NCBI RefSeq assembly: GCF_018398935.1
Contig: NZ_CP074694.1
Span: forward strand, 5,970,001-6,002,000
From: Telmatocola sphagniphila
Lineage (GTDB): Bacteria; Planctomycetota; Planctomycetia; Gemmatales; Gemmataceae
Direction of reading: 5' to 3'
DNA: 32,000 bases
The notes beneath the pieces were generated by a model. It was not told the origin of the DNA and did not search any database. It saw only the letters and a list, made by a program, of their open reading frames with translations. Within the stretch, counting starts at the first letter, position 1, and each line of letters starts with the position of its first letter. Shown here one piece after another: positions 1-7,100 of this stretch. The translations under genes and the position numbers were made by a program.

Positions 1-201
1 AGCCCGCACACGCTTCGCCATAGTTTCGCCACGCACCTGTTATCGGGAGGGGCGGACCTGCGCACGGTGCAGGAACTGCTCGGTCACGCCAGCATCAATA
101 CCACGCAGTTGTACACTCACGTCGATCATGAACGGCTCCGGAAGATCCACCAGCAGTTTCATCGCCGGGCAGCGCGTCCCGGGAAGGACGCCGGCAAATA
201 A
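1..201 (+). CDS. Tyrosine recombinase/integrase, XerC/XerD family, C-terminal fragment (5' end lies outside the window)
   Basis: Frame 1 is open from nt 1 to the TAA at 199-201 and reads [54 protein letters not shown]... This carries the box II signature of tyrosine recombinases: H-x-x-R, LLGH, and the nucleophile Tyr in QLYTH. It is absent from the supplied ORF track because it has no start codon inside the window. Confidence 0.85.
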   Translation, partial: SPHTLRHSFATHLLSGGADLRTVQELLGHASINTTQLYTHVDHERLRKIHQQFHRRAARPGKDAGK

Positions 202-262
202 ATCATTTGACTGAATTTTCTTCCCTATCGCTATTGCAGCCAATATACTGACAAGTACCTGA

Positions 263-1591
263 ATGTTAAAATTTGTCCAAATAGAGGGTTCGGTCATGGT
301 GCGTACGGGCGTACTGGGCCTTTGTCTACTGGCTCTAAGCAATGCGGGGTTAGGGGCGGCCGATGCCAAGCCGAGCGAAGAACTCGATAAAAAAGCGCGC
401 GAGCTGGTTCGCAAGTTAGGCGATCCGGCCTTTCGCAAGCGCGAAGCCGCGGCCAAGGAACTGCTCGCCATGGGCAGTAATAGCCTGCCCGCTTTAGAGG
501 CTTCGCTTCACGATCCCGATGCGGAAATTCGCGAACGCTGCCAGCAGCTTCTGCCATTGGCCTACGAGGCCGACATGCGCTGGAAGATCATTCAGTTCGG
601 CGAAGATAAGCTCGGCCAGAAGAACATCTCGCTCCCGGGCTGGAAGAAGTTCTCGCAGATGGCCGGTACCGACGAGAAGGCTCGCAAGTTCTTTACGGAT
701 ATGATTACGAGCAACGTGGGTCTGCTTCAGCATGTGGAAAGCGATCCCAAGAAGGCCGCGCAGATGTACATGTCGCGCTGTTCCGATTTCGGGAATCAGC
801 AGGCCAACATGGTTTTCGTGAACATCAATGGCATCGTACAGCGCCAGTATCAGCAACCCCCTCAACCTAAACTGCATGAATTTGCCGCACTTCTATTAGT
901 GAATTCGGAGCCTAAGGTCGAAGACGCCGTGAACAATGGTGGAGGCAACAACTATTACTCTAATGTGGGTTATCTGCTCTATCAGCCGTACATTCGTACT
1001 TTCCTGAACGATGAAAAAGACGGGGCGATTTTCAAGAAGGTCTTCATGGGCTGGCTGGATGCCCAGATCGAACCCTACCTGACGCCGAGCAAATCTCCCA
1101 ATCGAATGATGTCCAACAATTTGACTTATGCCATGCAAGCGATTCAGAATAATGATTTGAAGGAAGCCGTCGGCTTCGTGGAGAAAGTGGTGGGGCTGAA
1201 GGAATTGCAAGGCTACTGGCGTGGTCAGGCGATCTGTACTCTGGCGAAGTTCAGCGAACCCAAGCATATTAAATTGCTGGAGCCCTTGCTGAAGGATGAA
1301 ACGGTAATCACCACGATCAATTTCGGCGGTGTGAATAACAAACCGATTACGGTTCAGGTTCGCGATGTGGCCCTGGGCATTACCATTCATCTGAAGGGTG
1401 AGAAGCCGGCCAGCTTCGATTTCGACGGCATGAAAGAAGGTCGGTACGGCAACATGGGGAATAATGTTTTTTATCCTTATGCGTTCGGCTTCGAAGATGA
1501 CACGAATCGTAAATCGACGTTTAAGAAGTGGGACGAGTTCGTGGCCAAGAAAGCCAAAGAGGGCGAGAAGAAGAGCGAGCAGAAGAAGTAA
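263..1591 (+). CDS. Secreted helical-repeat (HEAT-like) protein of unknown function, paralogue A1
   Basis: The start is ATG 263. An alternative ATG at 296 gives MVRTGVLGLCLLALSNAGLGAADA, which looks like a signal peptide. The N-terminal module KARELVRKLGDPAFRKREAAAKELLAMGSNSLPALEASLHDPDAEIRERCQQLL resembles HEAT/ARM-type helical repeats. The protein aligns end to end with ORF 2011-3249, and both end in FKKWDEFVAKKAKEGEKK. I recognised no catalytic motif. Confidence 0.8.
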   Translation: MLKFVQIEGSVMVRTGVLGLCLLALSNAGLGAADAKPSEELDKKARELVRKLGDPAFRKREAAAKELLAMGSNSLPALEASLHDPDAEIRERCQQLLPLAYEADMRWKIIQFGEDKLGQKNISLPGWKKFSQMAGTDEKARKFFTDMITSNVGLLQHVESDPKKAAQMYMSRCSDFGNQQANMVFVNINGIVQRQYQQPPQPKLHEFAALLLVNSEPKVEDAVNNGGGNNYYSNVGYLLYQPYIRTFLNDEKDGAIFKKVFMGWLDAQIEPYLTPSKSPNRMMSNNLTYAMQAIQNNDLKEAVGFVEKVVGLKELQGYWRGQAICTLAKFSEPKHIKLLEPLLKDETVITTINFGGVNNKPITVQVRDVALGITIHLKGEKPASFDFDGMKEGRYGNMGNNVFYPYAFGFEDDTNRKSTFKKWDEFVAKKAKEGEKKSEQKK

Positions 1592-1600
1592 GCTTGAGTA

Positions 1601-1627
1601 GGGGACTGGCGAAAGATGCCTGTCCCC
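1601..1627 (+). terminator. GC-rich stem-loop 10 nt after the stop of paralogue A1 (possible terminator)
   Basis: GGGGAC (1601-1606) pairs with GTCCCC (1622-1627) across a 15-nt loop. No U-tract follows, so a terminator function is uncertain. Confidence 0.2.
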
Positions 1628-2010
1628 GGATGAGTAAAGCGAGCAGGCCGAATTTTGGGAAGGGCATAGGTGAGCCCATTTCAGGATTCTGCCTGTTGTA
1701 TTTTCGGGGGGGTATCTGTGGAAACTGCAGAGAACACATGGAGAAAACTCAGAGGACTGTCCCCTGAGTAGCGGTTAGGGAAGAAGAGTTTTTACCACCG
1801 AGTACACCGAGAGCACTGAGGGATATTGGGGGGGAAGTTCGTTTTTTGGTGCTCTGCGTGCCAAGGTGGGTCGAGTCACTTCTGAGATTTTTGAAGAAGC
1901 CCAAGCAGGAAGCGATTGATCTTTCGGTGATGGCCCTATCAGCTTGGTTTGACAAATCTTATGTTTTTTGTTACTAACTCTAGGCAGTAGATCCCCAAGA
2001 GGTTTCGTCC

Positions 2011-3249
2011 ATGCTGCGTGCAAGTTTATTAGTCGTTTGCTTCACGATGGTGCCTTTCGCCAGCTTGGAGTGCGATGAACCCAAACCCAACGGCGAGCGG
2101 GATAAGAAGGCGCGGGAACTGGTACGCCAGTTGGGCGATCCGGTATTTCGCAAGCGAGATGCCGCGGCGCAAGAGTTGGTGGCGATGGGAACCGAGAGTC
2201 TGCCCGCCTTACAAGCAGCTGTTAATGACCAGGATGCAGAGATTCGAGAAAGAAGTAGACAGCTGTTACCTCTAGTCCTGGAGGCAGATTTAAAGACGAA
2301 GTTGATTCAATTTCGGAAAGATAAGACCGGCGAGAAGAATATCGGCCTACCTTGTTGGAAGAGATTCTCGCGGGCCGTTGGCTCCGACAAAAAATCACGT
2401 GATTTTTTTGCGGAGATGGTCTCGAACAACATGGAGTTATTTCAGTACGTCGAAACTGATGCACGGAGAGCGATGGAGATTTGTGACCAACTTGGCCCTC
2501 ACTATGTGAATGGGGTCGAAGTTCCCCACCAGCGTAAGCCTAACTTATTTGATACAGTTGCCTTCCTATTGGTAAGTTCAGAACCCAATTTTAAGAAAAT
2601 TATAAATTTAAAATGTGCGGATACATTCAGTCCAGTGGCCCGTCTTCTTGCTGAACGTGAAGTTCAGTTCTTCTTCGATGATCAACAAAATGGCTCAATC
2701 TTGAAAAAAGTATTTTTGCTTTGGCTGGACGTGGTAATCGAACCTTTCTTAGCACCTCGAGATACTCCGGCACCTTCGTATATATATGATTTGGAAATTG
2801 CCATGTATACAATTGAACGGAATGAAATAGATGAAGCTGTGGAATTTGTTGAGAAAGTAGTCTCTATAAAAGATCCAAGACATAAATTTGAGCGTGCGCA
2901 GGCTATCTGTTTTCTGAGCAGATTTCAGAATCCCAAGCATCTAAAATTGCTGGAAACATTAAGAGATGACGATTCTGTACTAAAAAGTTTCAATATTTGG
3001 GGGCCAGGTTACTTTCCAGTAAGCGCAGAAGTACGAGATGTGGCACTTGGGACAATCATAACCCTAAGCGGAGAGAGTCCAGAACAATTTGGTTTCGATG
3101 GAATAAATCATCCCTATTTTAAGCAGCGAATCGGGAAGTACTACAACCCAATTCACTTTGGTTTCGAAACCGACGAACATCGTAAAGCCGCCTTCAAGAA
3201 GTGGGACGAGTTCGTGGCCAAAAAAGCCAAAGAAGGCGAGAAGAAGTAA
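2011..3249 (+). CDS. Secreted helical-repeat (HEAT-like) protein of unknown function, paralogue A2
   Basis: ATG start with a signal-peptide-like N-terminus, MLRASLLVVCFTMVPFASLEC. It has the same module as A1 (KARELVRQLGDPVFRKRDAAAQELVAMGTESLPALQAAVNDQDAEIRERSRQLL) and the same C-terminal tail (FKKWDEFVAKKAKEGEKK). Confidence 0.8.
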   Translation: MLRASLLVVCFTMVPFASLECDEPKPNGERDKKARELVRQLGDPVFRKRDAAAQELVAMGTESLPALQAAVNDQDAEIRERSRQLLPLVLEADLKTKLIQFRKDKTGEKNIGLPCWKRFSRAVGSDKKSRDFFAEMVSNNMELFQYVETDARRAMEICDQLGPHYVNGVEVPHQRKPNLFDTVAFLLVSSEPNFKKIINLKCADTFSPVARLLAEREVQFFFDDQQNGSILKKVFLLWLDVVIEPFLAPRDTPAPSYIYDLEIAMYTIERNEIDEAVEFVEKVVSIKDPRHKFERAQAICFLSRFQNPKHLKLLETLRDDDSVLKSFNIWGPGYFPVSAEVRDVALGTIITLSGESPEQFGFDGINHPYFKQRIGKYYNPIHFGFETDEHRKAAFKKWDEFVAKKAKEGEKK

Positions 3250-3255
3250 AACTCG

Positions 3256-3283
3256 GGGGACTGGCTCCGAGGTTCCAGTCTCC
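3256..3283. terminator. Stem-loop between convergent genes (possible bidirectional terminator)
   Basis: GGGGACTGG (3256-3264) pairs with CCAGTCTCC (3275-3283), giving a 9-bp stem with one G-U pair and a 10-nt loop. It lies in the 48-nt gap between the stop of 2011-3249 (+) and the stop of 3298-3666 (-). There is no clear U-tract. Confidence 0.35.
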
Positions 3284-3297
3284 TGAGAATACCTATG

Positions 3298-3666
3298 CTA
3301 CCGGCCGCCCGAGAGCACCAGTTCATTCCCCTCGGAATCCCGCATCACCACAAAAGTTCCCCACGGCTCGGCCTTGGGCGGCTCCCGGAATTCCACCCCG
3401 ACGGCCAGCAACTCCTCGTAAGTCTTCTGCACATCGTCGCACTCGACCGATATCCCCGTGAACTTGCCAATGCGTTCCTCCTGGCCCGGCGGAGTGAACA
3501 GCGCAAAACCGGTGTCCCCGCGCGGCGGACGCACCTCGATCCAGCGCTGCGAAGGACCCATCGGCTGATCGGTAATCAGCGTAAAGCCCAGCTTGTCCAC
3601 GTAAAACGCCAGAGCCCGGTCCTGATCGCGCACCGGAATCGAAGCGAACTTGATTTTTCGAATCAT
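3298..3666 (-). CDS. VOC-family (glyoxalase / bleomycin-resistance / dioxygenase fold) protein
   Basis: A 122-aa ORF with an ATG start. MIRKIKFASIPVRDQDRALAFYVDKLGFTL...WIEVRPP...GISVECDDVQKTYEELLAVGVEF...PWGTFVVMRDSEGNELVL is the typical paired beta-alpha-beta-beta-beta pattern of small VOC proteins. Confidence 0.85.
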   Translation of the reverse strand: MIRKIKFASIPVRDQDRALAFYVDKLGFTLITDQPMGPSQRWIEVRPPRGDTGFALFTPPGQEERIGKFTGISVECDDVQKTYEELLAVGVEFREPPKAEPWGTFVVMRDSEGNELVLSGGR

Positions 3667-3812
3667 TGACGGATTCCCATTTTCTCGTGAGTTAAGCCGA
3701 ATCGAATTTTCTCCAAATATAGCCAGCGAACACGGCTATCAACAGATGAGAAATGGCAATTTTTCGAAGTTGCTGTTGCTCGTCACTATATTGTCGGGTA
3801 CTATAGTCGCCA

Positions 3813-4121
3813 ATGGTACAGCTGGAAGCTTATATCCTGGATTCTCTTTTACCCGATCTGGTCGGGCACGACCGGCGCAGTTCTTCCTTCATCGTCTACC
3901 TCTATCTCTACCGGCTGGCTTCCCAGCAACCGAACTGGGCGGTCAAAAAATCGCACCAGGCAATTGCTTTAGCAACCGGATTGTCTCGCAGTTCGGTTCA
4001 AAGTTCTCTGACGCATTTGCAGTCGCGACAATTAATCCATACGACTCGGGCAAATCCGACGGCCGTGCCGCAACATCGGGTCAATCGGCCCTGGCTGCGA
4101 TTAACGAGCCGAAAAAATTGA
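3813..4121 (+). CDS. Small helix-turn-helix / winged-helix-like DNA-binding protein (hypothetical)
   Basis: A 102-aa ORF with an ATG start. LLPDLVGHDRRSSSFIVYLYLY is followed by an HTH-like stretch, SHQAIALATGLSRSSVQSSLTHLQSRQLI. I prefer it to the overlapping 212-aa ORF 3650-4288, whose 3' part is antisense to the kinase gene. Confidence 0.6.
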   Translation: MVQLEAYILDSLLPDLVGHDRRSSSFIVYLYLYRLASQQPNWAVKKSHQAIALATGLSRSSVQSSLTHLQSRQLIHTTRANPTAVPQHRVNRPWLRLTSRKN

Positions 4122-4129
4122 AGAACGAG

Positions 4130-7100
4130 TTAGCTTTCCGCATCCAGTACGAGGCGTACTTTTTTGGCGAGAGTCGACTGCGTCAACGGCTTCTGGATGA
4201 AGGCGTCCTTGGAGGTTTCAATTCCCTGGCGGACCACGGCATCATCCATGTAGCCGCTCATGTAGAGTACGCGCACGTTCGGCCGTAGCTTGCGAACCGC
4301 ATCGGCCAGCATTCGACCACCCAGTTCCGGCATCACCACATCGGTCAGAAGTAAATCGATTGTCCCCGGATAACTCTCGGCCATTTCAATAGCTGTTCGA
4401 CCGGAATCGGCCTGGAGAATTTTGTAGCCGAGCATCGAGAGTGCCGTCGTGGTCAGCCGTCGCACGGCTTCCTCGTCTTCGGCGAGCAGGATGGTTTCCT
4501 GGCCGCGCGGTACCCCGTGGTTATCGACGGAATTTTCCTGGGAGTCCGTTTTTGAGATTCTCGGGAAAAGGATTTTGAATTGAGTGCCAAAACCGACTTT
4601 GCTTTCGACCTCAATCGCTCCCCCGGCCTGATGGATGATGCCGTAGACCATGGCGAGTCCCAGCCCGGTTCCTTTCCCCAGCCCCTTGGTAGTGAAAAAG
4701 GGCTCGAAAATTCGCTTTTTCACTTCATCGCTCATGCCGACGCCGGTGTCGGAAACCGAGAGTTGAACGTAGGATCCCGGCGGGCATTCCATGGCCAGGT
4801 TGAAAGCACTGTCTTCGATTTCCAGATGAGCCGTCTCGATTGTCAGGCGGCCCCCCTCCGGCATGGCATCGCGAGCATTCACGGCCAGGTTCATCAAAAC
4901 CTGTTCCAACTGCCCGGGATCGATTTTGACCAGCGAAGTCTTGGAGTCGAGATGGCTTTCCAGTCGGATATCTTCGCCGATGAGTCTTCGCAGCAGGCGG
5001 CTGACGGAATCGACGACTTGATTCAGATCCAGGATCTTGGGCTCTATTATGGCCTTACGGCTGAAAGCCAGGAGCTGGGCCGTCAGTCCCGCGGCACGTT
5101 CCCCGGCATCGCGAATGGCGGCAAGCGGTTCGCGACCCATGGAGGAACCGGGGTATTCCTCTAGCAGTATTTCGCTGAAGCCGTTGATGACAGTTAGCAG
5201 ATTATTGAAATCGTGGGCGATGCCGCCCGCCAGTCGGCCGACGGCTTCCATTTTCTGCGCCTGCTGAAACTGCTCTTCGAGCCGTTTGCGCGAGGAGATA
5301 TCGCGAATGACGCAGGTGAAATGCAATTCTCCATCCAGTTGAAAATGCGTCAGGGTGATTTCGACCGGGAACTGCAGGCCATCTTTGCGGTGGGCCTGTA
5401 ATTCCCGATTGACGCCGAGCGATTTTTCCGTTCGGGGGGGCCGGCCGTCGAGGGTGAAGATTTCGGCTTCAAGGGCTTCGGGAATGAATTCGCGGAGATG
5501 TTTGCCGATGACTTCCTGCTGACCATAACCGAAAAGCCGCGTGAATGAGGCATTGACGGTATGGATGGTCCCCCAGGCATCGATGGTGATAATCGCATCG
5601 CTCACGCTCATTTGCACGGAATGGAGCAGATCGAGCGTCCGCTCCCGTTCCGAGAGATCGGTGAGAGCGACTACGTAGGAATCGTTCACTGGATCGGGCA
5701 GGGGGGACCCGACGGAATGAACGAGGACCGACCGGCCATCCCGGCGAACGATGCGGATCTCGATGCCATTCAAAGATTCCCCGGTGTTTCGCATCAGGGA
5801 AATTCGATGGGAGATCAAATCTCTGTGTTCGGTATGAACGATGCTCAGCGGATCCACACCCAGGAGTTGATCTTCATTTTGGGCGCCCATGAGTTTCACG
5901 AACGCGGGATTGCAGAAATTGATTTTCCCGTTGGAATGAGTGAATAGGGCATCGGGCAGCACATCGACCAGCCGACGGTATTTCTCTTCGCTGTCCCGGA
6001 TGAGCCTTTCGCTGCGCTTGCGGTCGGTGATGTTCACTGTGACGTTGGCATACCAACCCGGTCTTCCGGTGGCGTCCCGAATCAGAAAAATGGAACGGAA
6101 GACATCGATACTGGCTCCCGTGTGCAGATTTTTCATCTGCATTTCCCCTTCCCAGAGGCCATTTTCCAAGGCGGTCGGGATAACCGTTTGCCTCATGAAC
6201 TCCCGCCAGGGCGGGTCGAGATAATCCGAGAAATGGAGGTTGGAGATATCGTCGTGTTCGCCGAGCCCCACCATGCGGCGACCCCCGGCATTGATGAAAG
6301 TGATTTTCCCATTCAGATCGGCAATGGAAATAAACTCCTTGCTATGCTGAATGAGCGAGATCAACTTCTGCTGTTCGACTTCGGCCTGCTTGCGTTCGGT
6401 AATATCTGTGACGACACCGTGCCAGAGAGTACTGCCGTCTTCCTGCAGCGTCGGCATCGATCGCGATTCGACCCAGATTTCCCCGCGTTTGGGATTGTTA
6501 GCGCGGAACTGTCCGAACCAGGGCGTTAAAGTTCGCGAAGATTTGGTGAGGCTTTCCGGTATCCACTCCAGATCGTTCGGGTGAAAAATCGCAAAGAACG
6601 GATCGGCATTATCTTTGACCTGATCGTGGCTGAGGCCGAAGATATTTTCAAACCCGGGACTGACATAAGGGAGAGAGGCTTTACCTTCCTGGGAGATGCG
6701 GAACGAGACCAGTGCGCCGGGGACGCTCCTGGCAATTTTCAGGAATCGATCTCGCTCTTCGCGAAGTTCATTGAGGGCCTGTTTGAGATCTTCGATGTCG
6801 GTGCAGGTGCCGTACCAGCCTTCTATCTGTCCGTAATTGTCGTGGATCGGTACCTGTCGCGCGATGTGCCAGCGATACAGCTTATCTTTGCGGAGAAGGC
6901 GAAACTCGAGATCCTGGGGTGTGACGGAGTGGATGGTCTGTTGCCAGAGTTCCAGAGTTCGCGAACGATCATCGGGATGCACCAGATTCGTCCAGGCCCA
7001 GCCCAGCAGTTCGCTGCTCTTTAACCCAAAGTACTCTTCCGCCCGTTTGTTGAAGCTGTTGACGGCACCATCCGACCGAGCTTCCCAGACAATTTGAGGT

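Noticed and set aside
207-249. TTGACT (207-212) and TATACT (244-249) as a promoter for A1
   Set aside because: The spacing between the two hexamers is 31 nt, far from the 16-18 nt of a sigma-70-type promoter, and no better-spaced partner hexamers are present.
40-557. Minus-strand ORFs 40-471 (143 aa) and 294-557 (87 aa)
   Set aside because: They are antisense to the recombinase 3' end and to the A1 5' end. Their sequences are Ala/Ser/Arg-rich low complexity.
1828-1840. GGGGGGAAGTTC in the A1/A2 spacer matches the start of a repeat unit at 29881-29892
   Set aside because: It is only a 12-nt match with a G-run and has no flanking similarity to the rest of the 76-nt unit. That is too short to call a solo repeat copy.
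3650-4288. 212-aa plus-strand ORF spanning the HTH gene region and the kinase 3' end
   Set aside because: It has no recognisable motifs and overlaps the better-supported 102-aa HTH ORF in another frame. It also runs antisense into the receiver domain of the kinase gene.
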